A DNA stretch of 64,000 bases from Callorhinchus milii (taxonomy: Eukaryota): positions 53,818,001 through 53,882,000 of the forward strand of contig NW_024704742.1 of the NCBI RefSeq assembly GCF_018977255.1, in the 5' to 3' direction. Under the pieces are notes generated by a model, which was not told the DNA's origin, made no database searches, and worked only from the letters and a program-made list of their open reading frames with translations. Made by a program: the position numbers and the translations under genes. This document shows positions 38,650 through 52,583 of this stretch, one piece after another (position 1 is the stretch's first letter; every line of letters begins with the position of its first letter).

Positions 38650-40949
38650 AACATGTGCTTTGGGATATAACTAGAGGCCAGGGTTAGGCTTAGACTTAAA
38701 TGTTCACATACTCCATAGGACATGATGATTTCTGTGCAGCTGGGATGTGAAGGGAATAATGCTTATGCAAGGCCAGGCCTGAAAAGTTGAGTTATGGGGA
38801 AGTATAAATTTTCTGAAATTCTGCTGGGTTCTTTTGGGAAGGAAGCAAAGCGTGTCTGAGAAAGTTAAGTAAGGTGCGAGAGTTCATAATGGATTGATGC
38901 ATGGAACAAGTGCTCCACGCTTTCTTATACAATATCTTATAAATATAAAACAAATGGTGTTAGGAAAATTCATGTAGGTCAGCTTGCCTGGCTATAACAG
39001 TGCCTTAGGTTGATAAGGGGACACCCTGAACAGATTGGTGGAGTTCATTTTGCTTAGTTTCCTCGTTGATTTTATAATTAATTATTCTTTTATAACATTC
39101 CATAGATAAAAAACAGCTTGATACACAAAAGAGTTTTCCAGCAATAATTAAGCTTGGATCTCATTTTACTCTATTAACGTAACGTATCAGATTGGGCAAG
39201 ATTGGGCAATTTGTTGGATTCATTTTTAACTCTGAAGCTTGTTTTCTGTAGCTTACAGAAGAACTTACATAAAAACAGGAAATGGGGGTGGGGGGGCTGT
39301 CTCTACCCAGAACATTTTTTTAAAAGAGCTTACAAGAAACTAGCTTCAAAACAAACTGATTATATTTAAGAAATGGACAAATTCTGCACATTTTGAAATG
39401 TTATATTAATACAGTACTAATCAACTGGAACAGGTTGTGGGTAAGGGTGGTTGAGGCCAGGAAACTGGATTCATTTATAAAGCAGCTTGATGCTGTGATG
39501 GAAGGTCAGTAGGGTGGGTATTCTGGAGGGATGAGATTAGATAGGCTGAAGGGCCATCTTCATCCAAAAATATCTAGATCCAGGTAGAATTTATATCCAC
39601 AAGTGGGTTATTTACCACAAATGTCCTCAGAGTATTTGGTGAGCTTTCAGGGCTGCTATTAAATATGAAACTTCTTTCTTTGTAGGTTGAGAGCAGTGAT
39701 GATAGTTAATTAGTAGGAATAATGTTCAACAACTGTCCCTCACTTTTCAACAATACGGGGATGCAAAAAACACATGTTAAACAGAAATGGTGCTACTTTT
39801 ATTTTTATTTTATTTCAATTGTACTGAAGGGCTTTCTTGATCTGAACCTATCTTGTGATCTAATCATTGAAACATTTAGAGTTGATTCAGTCCCCCTCAC
39901 TGGTAGAATATAGATTGTAAAATAAAATGTAATTCAGATGTAGCTAATGCCAAGATGTGGATAAACAAAGCTTATCAGAAAGAACATCTCTTGGACTTAA
40001 GGTATGACTTACACTGTTGATTTTGAGCTGGATAGGTCTTTAAAAAAACAGCAGAGTGAAAGAAAATAAAGGACTTTGTTTTGTAGGTGACACAAGATTG
40101 CAGCAGCATAACAAAAAGTGCTTTTGCTTGTCTAGAAAATCTGAAAGATTACTGGTTTAAATTGTTCAGGGAATTTGCTCCCTGTAAAAAAAATTCAAGC
40201 ATGGTCAAATTTCTAATGCACTCTAATGCAAGCCATTCTGTTTATTAATTGTTAATACAATTGTTAATACTTGGTCAGTACATTGAATTCACGTCAAGCA
40301 TTCTATCACTTCAGAAATGATGAAACACTGGTTGAGAGAATGCAAGGTTTTTAATTCATGGACTTTAGAAGCAAACGGCTTCTATCTTTTTCATTGAAAA
40401 ATTATCGCTGTCTGGGAGCCTGAGGTCAGCTTGCTAACTGCAGTATCACAGCCCGTAATAGTTATTCACTTTGTCGGATTGCATTACAGACACGCTTTGT
40501 TATAAGTACCACCAGATCGAAGCTATTTGAAGCTAGATTTGTTTTACTGGGTGATGGAACAGTGAAATACAAGCTAATTAAACAAAAACAAAAAAAATGT
40601 TTTTTGATTTGCCAAATTTTGGATTGTCTCATATGCATGTCTTATTGGGGTAACATTTAAAATGTTCTTCAACCCATTCCTTAGGCTAAATAGCAAAAGG
40701 AACATGTTAAGGAACACCATTAGTTTCTTCTTTACCACCAGTGTTAAATCACTCTAAAAACAGTGTTGTTCCCTGACATCTGCACGCACTCAGTCTGCTC
40801 TTCCCTCTAACCTGCTGATACCCTGGTTAAAAATAATTTCAAAATAATGTCCTTATATAGTCAATTTCCAAATTTAGGATATCGAAACACAGATTTTAAC
40901 GTGAAAATTTGACTTTTGACTTGAGATTCCCTCGGATTGGGTAAACAGA

Positions 40950-41450
40950 AACAACAGAAGATCATTCAGCCCATCAAGCCAGTTCCACCAGTTTATTAGG
41001 TTTTGTGGATCTTTTAATCCTCAGTCTCTATCCTTTTGCCTTTAATGCATCTGCTAGGTAACTATGGGGAGATCTGACTTCAAGGTTATGCCCCCATGTG
41101 ACGGATCCTTCTACCAAAGGGAAGATATGTTTACCATCTAATTTGTCAATTCCATTCATAATTTTAAATACCTCAATCAAATCATACCTTAATCTGCACC
41201 AATCTAAAGAAAATAACACCAGTTTACATAGTCTCTCATGATAGCTAATTCCCTTCAACCCAGGTATTAATTTGTGAATCACAAGACCTCCAAGACCAGC
41301 ATATCCTTCCTAAGATTGGCTGCCCAGAACTGAACACAGTACTCCAGATGAGGTTTGACTCGGGCTCTATATGGCTGCAGCAGCAGTTCCTTGCTTTATA
41401 TTTTAGACCTCTCAGACAGCCACTTGTAATGACGAGCATCTTGTTTGTCT
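40950..41450 (-). mobile_element. CR1 LINE 3' fragment
   Basis: ORF 'KLIPGLKGISYHERLCKLVLFSL...DLIEVFKIMNGID...TWGHNL'. Confidence 0.88.
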
Positions 41451-41887
41451 TGTTGGACCAAGTCTGCCAGCCATGGGAGAGGAGGGCATAACTATTTAAC
41501 ACAAGGAAATGGGTCAAGGTGAATTTTCTTTTATCCATTGTTTTGTTGTGCTACAAAAGCAGTACGCATACAATTTATCTACCACATTGTGAGGATGTCT
41601 CAAAACCCTTGACACCTCTAGCTGGATACCAGGAGATGGGATGGGATAGTGGGGGTGAGAATCAAGTGGGGTGGGGAGAGGAAAGATGACTGAAAGCACA
41701 GAGAAGTGAATCTTTGTACAGAAAACCATATAACTCACAAGTGTTGTGCTGCAAGAGGTTATTATTCACAAATCACCAAGGCATGCAGCCATCAAGAAGA
41801 TCTGGACCAAATAAACAGATGGGCCTAGGATTAGCGGATGGATTATAATATATACAAATGCAAAATAATGCTTATTGGAACAAGAAC

Positions 41888-42120
41888 ATCAGCAACAAAA
41901 TTACATTTGTATAGCGCCTTTTACGTCGGGAGGACATTCCAAGGCGCTGGACAGACAGAGTTCCGGACCCGAGCTGGGGGTCAGGGTTGAGGAGGGTGGA
42001 GGGCAGGGGAGGAAGCATGAAGATCGAAACCATGGTCAAAGAGGAAGGTCTTGAGATGGGTCTTGAAGGAGACAAGGAAGGGAGCGAGGTGGAGGGACTG
42101 TGAGATAGAGTTCCAGAGTG
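41888..42120 (-). mobile_element. L2 LINE 3' end
   Basis: 'caacaaaattacatttgtatagcgccttttacgtcgggaggacattccaaggcgctggacag'. Confidence 0.9.
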
Positions 42121-43614
42121 TGTAAAAATATATGCAAAATTAAGCATCAGAAGTGGAGAGGTCAAGGATTGACTATGATTACTGATCATTCACAAAAATA
42201 TTCCAGTCAATGTGAAGCATACTATACTACATCTTAAAGTAATTTTTCTATGAGCCAAAAATATTATTTTTATTTGTGCAGATTACTGAAGAGGCCTAAG
42301 GAATATTGCTGTAGTTTTGGCCACATTTTCTTCAAAGGACATTGGAGTCTAAAACATAATTCTCTAGTACAATTCCTTAAGGACTCTGAGTTGCAAATGG
42401 AAACACATTATTGTAAGTTGAGGTATGTACAATACAATTCACATTTATATAGTGCCTTTCACATCTGAAGGATGTCCAAAGGGCTCCACACTGCTGTCTG
42501 CGCATGGGAGCCAAAGGGGTGGGAGGGGAAAGGTAACCAAAAGCACAGTCAAAGGGGAATATTTTGAGACTTGCAATGAATGAGGGGAGGGAAGGAGAGA
42601 GCAAATTAGAAGGACTCCAGGATGGAGTTCCAGAGAGTTGGACGCAGATATGCAGAAAACTCACCCATCGATGGTGTGGCAGATAGGGCAGGAGTTCATG
42701 AACCAAGCTAAGCATTCAGTCGGTCATACTAATTTACAGCATCTCACACAGCCAGTTAATTCGGATCATCTTGGATCAATAGTTCGAATTGTAAAACAAT
42801 CGTGCTTAATCCTCACCTCACACGTCAGCCAGTGCAATACAATGGTGCACTGATTTGAAACTGAAACCCTATTCCTGAAATCATTTGCCTCCCATTCTTA
42901 TGTAATGAGAAACCTCCACTGGAAACAGGTCCATTGAAATAGTAAATGGATTGGTGGCGATGGGGTGGGGGCGGAGTAAGGTGCTATCATTCAATACATG
43001 CTTATGTCTTGTACAGTTTATAATTTGATGCTGCTTTATGTATGCCTTAGTTCTAAGCAGAAACAGTTGCATCTATGAAATCCTAATATGGTTGTACAGC
43101 AATGTAGAATTCAAACGTGAAGCTTTAGATTTTCTTTCAAATCAGTATAATTATTTCAAACAGCATTTTGATATGCAAATGCTCAATTCTGCATTGACAG
43201 AAGAATATCCAATTTATTTCAATGGGTGATGCCCATTAGAGTGAAATCAAGAAATGTTTCCACTGAAATAAGTGATTTGAACTAAACATAACGGTAAAAT
43301 TTGTTTTTGTTTCTTAACTTATTCCTTGTCTAAATCAGTACCAGGAATGAGTTACGAAAACACAAATGTTACCCTATCAGACTCTCTTGTCTATTCCACA
43401 TCTTACAGATTATGGTTTTAAAATCTTCTAAAAAAAATGCTCATTTATTTTCTGTTTGAAAAGTTAAGGTGCTGTATAGCTACAAGAAAAAGAAACATGT
43501 TGAGAATGGAATCCCAACACTCATTTCACTCCTGAAAATTTAGATCATCCCCTTGTACCTATAGTGGCTATTAATCTTATTGTCTTCTCGCGTGTGAAAA
43601 AGAATGTATATAGC

Positions 43615-43893
43615 AAGACACCTGGGTTCAATTCCAGGCAGGGCGAAAGCTTGGGCAAGTTTCCTTACTTCACATGCCTAATAATAATCTCTCCAAAACA
43701 AAACAAAAATAAATTGGTCATTTTCAATCCACGACTGTTTGTGGGATACTTCTGTGCGCAATTGGCTGCCACATTTCCCCCAGAAATATACGGTCAATTC
43801 ACTTTACAGCATATTCTGTGAAGCGCTTTGAGACGTCTAGAAGGCGTGAAAAGCGCTATATCAAATGCAAGGATTAATATTATTATTATTATT
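43615..43893 (+). mobile_element. tRNA-derived SINE, short form, 5'-truncated
   Basis: Starts near the B box 'cctgggttcaattccaggcagggcgaaa'; complete tail. Confidence 0.9.
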
Positions 43894-44979
43894 TTTATCT
43901 CAGTTAATGCATCTTTTGATTACATCAACCTCTAAAAAATTTAATTTCACTTGACTTTCCTTCTTCTCTGTTTCACCCATTAGGCAATTTGACATTTGCA
44001 CTGTTCTTATTCAAAAATTTCTACTTTGACTTTGAATTCACAGATGGCATAAAACGTTAAAATACAATAATAATGTGTAATGTTCCATGTAATATACATA
44101 TTGGTTGTTTGTCATGATATCTATAATCCAAGCTCAAACCAGTGTAAAATTGCTAAATGTAATTTGTGCAACCTTATAATTGAATACTGTATTTTGAGCT
44201 TCATTGCACTGAATTAGGACAGCATGTAAGACATATGGAAAAATGTTTAATATTATTTGAAGTTAAAATGGTCGTTACAATTCAATGGAAATTGTACAAA
44301 ATTCCCATCATCATCATTAAATAGCAGCAGTAACAACTGGGCAAAGGAGCATTCTAGAATTAGGAGCTTTACAAAGATCTTAGTTATGCAGAATACCTTG
44401 AGGTGAAACACAATGCCAATGTTTCTTAGTTAAAAAATGACTGCCAGGATAGATTTTAATGTTAGATGTTTAATTTTCAGTAATTTGTTGGAGAAGGAAC
44501 AAACTTTGCTTGCAGAAAGATATTAACAGTCATTCCTCTATGATAAAGAAGAAAATGTGCTTACGATTAAAAATGGAAAAGGCAACTGAGCAAAAATAAT
44601 CAGTGCAAAGGTAGTTATGGTGCAGGCACTCACTAGGCTATCCTTTAGATAACATGCTCAACTTTGATCCCATCTGCCTGTTCAGGTGGATGGTTAATTG
44701 GATATGGTAATATCTGAAAAGTGAAAGGACTTTCTCCTACTGTCCTGGCCAACAATCCCCCAGATAACATTGGTAATTCACTTCATGGCTGTTTGTAGGA
44801 CATTGTTAAGCAAACATTGGCTGCCATATTTGGCTACAAAATACAATCACTCAACTGCACAGTAAAATCCTGTGGAAGATCTCTGAAACGTTTCGACAAT
44901 ATAATAATGCACTATGTCAAATGAAAGAATCATTACTTTTGTAAGAATAAGTGAGAAGGAATGGCTGGCATAATAACAA

Positions 44980-45378
44980 AAATAATAATCCTTACATTTG
45001 ACATAACGCCTCATCAAGTCTTCTGGACGTCTCAAAGCGCTTCACAGAATATACTGTAAAGTAAATTGGCTGTATGTTTCATGGGCAAAACACAGCAGCC
45101 AATTGCGCAGTGTCCCACAAACAATCGTTGATTAAGTGACCAAGCTTATTTAATCATGGGTGATTAAGTAGTTAAGTTGATTATTATTTTTTTTGAAGTA
45201 ACTATTACCCCCGGAAAAGTGATCCGCCAATTGACTAACAACTGAGTTCCTACATACTGCTAGGTAAACAGAGGCATGTGGAATAAGAAAACTTGCCCAA
45301 CATTTTGCCCTGTCGGGAATCAATCCAGGTCCTCTCATTTGCGAGGCGAATTCTCTAACTACTAAGCTAAAGGACTGC
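44980..45378 (-). mobile_element. tRNA-derived SINE, long form
   Basis: Head at 45300-45378, internal CORE-like segment and shared tail. Confidence 0.88.
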
Positions 45379-45384
45379 ACATAT

Positions 45385-45792
45385 AGCTCCTTATCACATC
45401 GTTGAGATATCTCATAGCACTTCACAGGATATACTGTAAAGTGGATTGAATGTGTATTTTGTGGGAACAAATGTCACAGCCAGTTCCACACAGCAATATC
45501 CCACAAACAACCATGGAATGAGTGACCAATTTTATTTCGGGGATTTATTGGCCAGGACACCAGGAGAAATTTCCTTCTCTTTTCGAATAGTGTCATGGGA
45601 TCTATTACGTCTATCTGTGCAGGCAGACTGGACCTTGGTTTAACATCTCATCTGAAGGATAGCACCTCCGACAATGGAACACACACCATTGCAGTGGAGT
45701 GTCACCTTAGTTTATGTGAGTTCAAGTTCCGACGTGGATTTTGAACCCACAACCTTCTGTCTCAGAGATGAGAGTGTTACCACTGAGCCAAG
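45385..45792 (-). mobile_element. Full-length Deu-domain SINE
   Basis: Reverse-complement Deu core 'ggaccttggtttaacatctcatctgaaggatagcacctcc' and head 'gaacccacaaccttctgtctcagag...cactgagcca'. Confidence 0.85.
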
Positions 45793-47029
45793 GGTAAATG
45801 AAAATACAAATGGATTTGTTTTTGTTCTCTATGATTCTCTTTCACTCAGTTCAAATCAATTTATCATAATAATACTAAGCTTTACATTTTGTATAGCTCT
45901 CACACATTGGGAGGACATGTTAAAGCACTTCACAGGATATACTTGTAAAGTACAGTGATCGTGAATGAGAGCATTAAAGAAAAACAGTAAGGATCATGGA
46001 AAGGATCATCATTCACACACAAAACGCAGTCACTGTACTTTACAAAGGCATTGCAATCCGGCTCAGAGGTGTAACAATTTGCTTTGAATGACAAAAGGTT
46101 GGGCGGGTGTCTGCCGACAGCAGTTATTGACTGGGACATTCACAAATGTCAATAATTCTGCCATCACATAATTATCACATCAAATAATTAATTTATCTTC
46201 CATTATTAGCTCCATGAAGAATAGGTTTTCTATTGGTCAAATGAAATAAAAGACTGCAGTGAATGGCATGATCCTGGCGCTAAAGAGAAAATCTGAAAGA
46301 GCATGTGAATGTTGGGGTACAATACACACTTAAATTTATAGAGCATATTTCACTTTGAGAGGACATTTCACCCTTTGGTATCAATTATAAAGGCAAAATG
46401 CTAGTCAAAGACATGAAGAGAAGTCTAATAAATATCAAATACGAGGATTATTATTATATTGAAGTTGAATGAGATAGATAGAACTGAAAAGTCTGTAATG
46501 CGTGAGAAAGTATTTGTTCTTTCATGGGATGATAAAATGTTGAAAAGGATAATTGGCCTCAATGGTTAGTTGCAAAGATGATATAAGGATATCCTATTGA
46601 TAATTAAGATGAATTTGGAGAAAGTGTGAGAGATTTGGAAGAGACACACTAACAAATGAGACGAGGAAATTTATCTATAACTGTTTATGGTAAGAAACAT
46701 TTAAACAAGAGTGAAGAGGAAAAAGGTTGGATTGGGAATAGTAACAAGCAGTAGAACCACAATGAGAAGGTGAAAACAAGAGGGTAAAAAATGCAACAAA
46801 TTGTATTGTAACAGTATTGTAACACATGGCAATGTTATACAGCATGCCAGAATCTATTAATGAGATGGAGAAATTAGATATAATACAATACAATTTACAT
46901 TTATATAGTGCCTTTGACATCGAGAGGAAATCTCAAAACACTTTAAACACTTGGGAGATATTATTTAAGCACACTAATAGACTGATTTGATATGTAATGT
47001 TTAGATTGGAATGGAAAGGTAGATAACAA

Positions 47030-47832
47030 TAATGATTCTTTCATTTTATAAAGTGCCTTTTACATCAGGATAATGTCTCAAGTACTTTGCAGGATATACT
47101 GTAAAGTGTAATGAATGTGTATTTATGGTGACTGTGACAGCCCATTTATAATCAGCAATATTCCACAAATAAGCCATGAATTAGATAATCAATTTTATTT
47201 GGAGGATTCTTGGCCAGGCCACCAACAACAACAACAACTTGCGGTTATATAGTCCCCTCCACCCCGAGAGGCATCCCAGAACACTTAACAATGGTGGAGC
47301 CCAATGCCGAGCCAGGGGGAGGGGAAGGTAACCACAGGCATGGTCAAAAAGGAAGGTCTTCAGGCGCAACTTGAAAATGGGGAAAGAGGGAGCAAGGAGA
47401 AGAGATTGAGGGAGGGAGTTCCATAGCTTTGAGGAGTAGTGGCTGAAGGCACAGCCACCGATGGCGGAGGATTCGAGGGACAAGGAGGAGGCCGGAGCCA
47501 GTAGAGCGGAGGCAGCGGGTACTGCTGTGAGGAGAGAGGAGGTTGGAGAGATAGGAGGGTGCCAAGGCGTGGAGGGATTTAAACACTAGAGTGAGGATCT
47601 TGAAGTTGATCCGCTCTGTGACAGGGAGGCAGTGGAACACCAGGAGAAACTCCCTTCTCTTTGTGAATAATCCATGGGATATTTAACAAGCCTGTCCATC
47701 TGGGACCTTAGCTTAACAAGTCATCCGAATGACAGCAATCTGACAATGCAGTCCAGCTGACTGTCAAGTTATATGTGAGTTTAAAAAGTCCCAACATAAT
47801 CTTCTGACTCAGAGGTGAGAAGCAAGCCAGGC
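47030..47832 (-). mobile_element. Deu-domain SINE split by an L2 fragment (47225-47637)
   Basis: The host sequence 'ggccagg-acaccaggagaaac' is interrupted; the insert translates 'KLWNSLPQSLLLAPSFPIFKLRLKTFLFD'. Confidence 0.8.
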
Positions 47833-50369
47833 TGACACACAAACTTACGCTACGTCAGCAGCATCCCACAAACAAAGGAAATTAATACTTAGCAATTATT
47901 CAACTTCAAACAAAGGCTGCTTCAGTACAACAGTCCATTTCAACCCACATACGTCTGCAGAAGCATCTTTATCTTCTCCCTCTTCCCCAACTCAACGGTC
48001 TTGCCTTCTGCTTAATGAGTATTGATAAGAGCTTCATTCTTGTGGGTTGAAAGAATTTTGTTCCATGCACCAAAGCTATTTCTTGCTTACACATTCTAAA
48101 CAAAAGTTAGCAATATGTCATGTTCCCTTCAACAATTACACGTTTTCTTAGAAATATTTCAGTTGAAACATTATTGTGTCAAAGCTGAGAAGGTTTTCGA
48201 AAAAGTTAGGCCTGAAGATTTCTGTGAGCTCCTGATTGTGGAGAACAATGTATTTGTACAATTAAAAATGAGATATCTTCTTAATGAGCCCTCTGCACCA
48301 CCATCAGTGGCCGAGGCTTCAGCCACAATGCCCCTAATCTTTGGAAAACCCCTTGATCCTCTTTATCTATCTTTAAATCCCATCTGAAAACCTACCTCTT
48401 CAACCTTGTCTCTGCTCGCCTCCCTTTCCCCCTTGATCACTTCGCCCACAATATATACAGTCAATCCACTTTACAGCATATCCTACCACCAAGACTTCTC
48501 AGTGGATTATTATCATCATGCATATGGGTTCAGAGTGAGCTGTTGTATTTATTGCCGTTGTACAGCATTCCGAGGCATTATCCTACGTGCAGCGCAGGGG
48601 GTTACATAAATTGCAAGTTGGTGATAACTGGACCAGAGTAAGTATGAATATGGGGGGAGTTAGGGAGGGAATCATTCAGAAGTTTTAACAAACTTTGTGC
48701 TTTTCACCCCTCTAACCTCTTTTCCCAAGTTTGATAATTGGTCATTTTATATTAAGAAACGCGGTTGAGAAATGCTGAAAATTAGACCCCAGTATGCAAG
48801 TCAGAAAGCACTGACACACACACACAAGAGAAAACCAATCCACTTCTGGATCCAATTTATTTTTCAATTAAAAAGCTGTGTATCTGCCAGTCTCGGTTAG
48901 TAGTATGCTCACCTCTGAATCAGAAGGCTTTGGGTTCAAGCCCCATGTTAGGACTTTGAACTCCTTTAGTCTAGGCTGATACATCTTTGTAAAATATATG
49001 CTTTTTTTTACAGCCATGAGATAACATCAAAGGCAAATGAAAAAGATGAACAACTTACATTTACATGTCACCCTTCATGCAATCTCAGAGCGCTGTACAG
49101 AGGAGATTGAGCAAGGGGGAAGGGGAGAGGCGGGTGACCATAGGAAAAGAAGCAGGTCTTCAAGTGGAATTTAAAGATAGATAAAGAAGGGGAAAGGCGG
49201 AGGGATTGAAGCAGTCAGTTTCAGAAATTTGAGGTGCAGTAACTGAAGCTCAATCACCGAAAGTGTCACAGAATAGTTGGGAGATGCACTCGGCAGTACC
49301 AACCGAGTTTTGGGGCGGACAGAGGAGTGGTGTACAAGAAGATCAGAGAGATAGGGAGGTGCTAGTGTGTGAAGCAATATCGTATGTGAGGGGGCGCTTC
49401 TTCAGTCAATCCATTCAGAGTACTTAAATTCTCAAGTTTTCTGTACATTTAAAGCTGACCGCTTAGATGTCAGTAAATACATATGGTTGCAGCCAAATGA
49501 ACAATTGAGCAAAAACTGGAACATGGGTTGAATTTCTGGTATTCATCCACTAGTGCCTGAGTCAGGCAGGTCTTCAGGTTTATTTTCAACAATGCACACC
49601 TCATTTTGCATTGCTAAATTGGAAGTCAACTCTACACTTCACTTGAAATGTTAATGAAAATAATACAAGAAAAGCATTGGTGGGTGGGTTTGTTTTGGAT
49701 AGTTGTCAGAAATCATTTTGCAGACTGTAATTTGGATGAATCCACCTAAAATCATTGTTGTTGTATGTACCAAAATTATTTGTCAAATTAGGAACTCTCG
49801 GAGCTGTGCTTTGTAGTGATATTTCAAACTCCAATCTCCAATTAGAAAAAAGCAGGCATCAAATTATTTCCCTTGGATATCTGTAGAAATCATTTGTAGT
49901 TTTTGTACGAACAACTTCCATATAAAACTTTTGATCTTATTTATCAGACCAGACTTAGGGAAAACAACACTTTTCAAAGATGTTCATCTATAAACAACAT
50001 CATATAATGCAACTTATTGCAGCTGCTTTGCTCTCACTATGTTTGTGCTACCTTCAGCTATAATGCCTTTGAGTGTGAAACTGTTGAAACACAAAGTGGA
50101 TGACTGATTTTGTCCAAAGAACCTGTGAATTACTTTTTATTCTGTAGATTTGTAACAAATCTTTGCAGAAGAGGTACATTGAACACAGCAATTTAAATCT
50201 TAAGAACATAAAATAGCATGAAATTGAAAAAAGACATTAATTGACCCATTCCCTCCACAAACAATGCAGAACTTATTCTACCATTAATTTTATCCTTCCC
50301 ACTCTATTTTCTGGAGAAAAGTCATGCGTAGATAATTCCTGATTCCCCAAAGACAATTATGAGGGTATC

Positions 50370-50775
50370 AGCCTGGCTCAGTTGGTAGCGTTCTCACTCT
50401 TACCTCTGAGTCAAGTGCCAAGTCAGGACTTCAAACTTCCAGTCCAAGCTGATGCTCCAATACAGTGACAGAGGAGCGCTGCATTGTTGGAGGTGCCATC
50501 CTTTGAATGAGATGTTAAAACTGAGGACCTATCTCTTGTTCAGGTGGACGTTAAAGATCCCATGACACTACTCAAATAGAGAAGGGGGGTTCTCTCAGTG
50601 CACGGGCCACCAACTCTCCAGATAATATTTGTCATTCACTTCAAGACTGTTTGTGTGCAAGATGGCTACTGCTATTGCCAAATATACACAGTCACTACAC
50701 GTAAATCCTGTGAACCATTTTGGGACATCCCAACTATATGATAAAGTGTTATTATAAATGCAAGGATTATTATAA
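50370..50775 (+). mobile_element. Full-length Deu-domain SINE
   Basis: Head 'agcctggctcagttggtagc', core 'ggaggtgccatcctttgaatgagatgttaaa...caggtggacgttaaagatcccatgacac', and (TTA)n tail. Confidence 0.85.
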
Positions 50776-52186
50776 TACTTCAGAATATTAATTCAGTCCT
50801 TATTTTCATAAATCAGTCTTAGCTCAAGGAGTATAGAAATTCTTGTGGCAAAATCCTTTTCATCTATAGTTGTCCTATATACCTTCAAAACATGGGATGA
50901 AATTTCATATTTATCTAGCCTTACTCTATGTAAAATTTTAGAATGTTGGATTTTGGCATATTTAAGTATAAAAAATATTTTCCGAGGATTCTTAAAAGTA
51001 CTTTCTGAAAACTAGCTTTGAAATTAAGGCTGTATTTAAGAAGTTGCCAAATTCTGGATACTCTAAAATGTTATATAAATAGAATAAATCCAAACCCAGG
51101 TGAAATTTCTATCCAACAGATACTTAAGTCATTTATCTGAAACTGAGATTGGGTTACATGGTTACAAATATCAAAATAGATGAAACTCATTGCTGACAAT
51201 ATCATATTGTGATCAATTGTACATAGAAATGTTCAGCACAGAAAGAAGCCACACAGCCCATTATGTCAGTGCCACTGCTGTCTCTGTGTCTTTTAAATGG
51301 CACTTTTATTAATAATCCTATTATAATGATAGTAATAATAAAACTAATAATAATCCTTGCATTTGATATAATGCCTTTTATTTTGGAAGGACATCTGAAA
51401 GTGCTTCACAGGATTCACTGTAAAGTGCATTAAACTGTAAATTGACTGTATATTTTGCAAGTGAATTTGGCAGTCATGAAGCCATGTGCACAGCAATGTC
51501 CCACAAACAGCTATGAAGTGAATGATCAATTTTATTTGAAGGGATTGTTGGCCATTAGTTCCAATATCCAGCTTGTTCTCCATATTCCTTAATGTTTTTA
51601 CTTCTCCAGTGTTTATCCAGTTGTCTTTGAAAGGATTTTATTGATCCTGCCTCAATAGTCAGTGGATGAATAATGAATTTGACACATTAATGAATTTGAT
51701 ACATTAATATGTCCTATCTTCATATAATGTAACCTTGATTTCATGTGATTTCTAATGATATTTCCCTGTCATTGGGAAGGTGTACACAAATGTAATGTTA
51801 TTTATCCCTTTGACAACGGTTAAGTTAGTTATCTACATGAGAACAAACAAAATTTGATTCACTTAAGGCAGTGTTCATCTGTGTTAAATTGGTGATGCAA
51901 TAAGGCTCAAAATGTAAATACAGGATGAATGTCATCCGTGGGAACTGAGCTCTGGAAGTAACTCTCATTGGAGGAGAAATGTGTCACCATGGCTCAGTAG
52001 GTAACACTCTCACCTCGGGGTCCAAAATCACAACACATTGGTTGACAATCCAGACCAAGACTGGGGGAAGTGCTGAATTCTCAGAAGGATTGTTTTTTAA
52101 AATGAGACATTAACCCAAGGTCCCATCTGACTTCTCAGATAAATATTAAAGATCCCATGCTACTAGTTATAATAATCCTTGCCCTT

Positions 52187-52583
52187 GTGGAGTCCTGTGG
52201 CCTAGTGGTCAGAGCACTTGCCTCACAAGCGAGAGGATCTGGGTTCAATTCACAGGCACAGCAAATCGTTGGGCAAATTTCCTTACTCCACACGCCTCTG
52301 TTTACCTAGCAGTAAGTAGGAATCTGGTTGTTAGTCAAATGGTGGATCGCTTATCCTGGGGTAATAATCACTTCAAAAAAATAAAATAATAATAATTTGG
52401 TCACTCAATCCATGACTATTTGTAGGACACTGCTGTGTGCAATTGGCTGCCGGGTTTCACCCACAAAATATACAGTCAACTCACTTTACAGTATATTCTA
52501 TGAAGTGCTTTGCGACGTCTCAAAGACATGATAAGGCGCTATATCAAATGCAAGGATTATTATTGTTATTGTTATTGTTATAA
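52187..52583 (+). mobile_element. tRNA-derived SINE, long form, full length
   Basis: GTGGAGTCCTG head, internal 'tctgtttacctagcagtaagtagg...ggatcgctt' segment and shared tail. Confidence 0.9.

Noticed and set aside
51671..51708. 17-bp tandem duplication (similar short ones near 40246 and 57201)
   Set aside because: Ordinary slippage duplications with no further structure.
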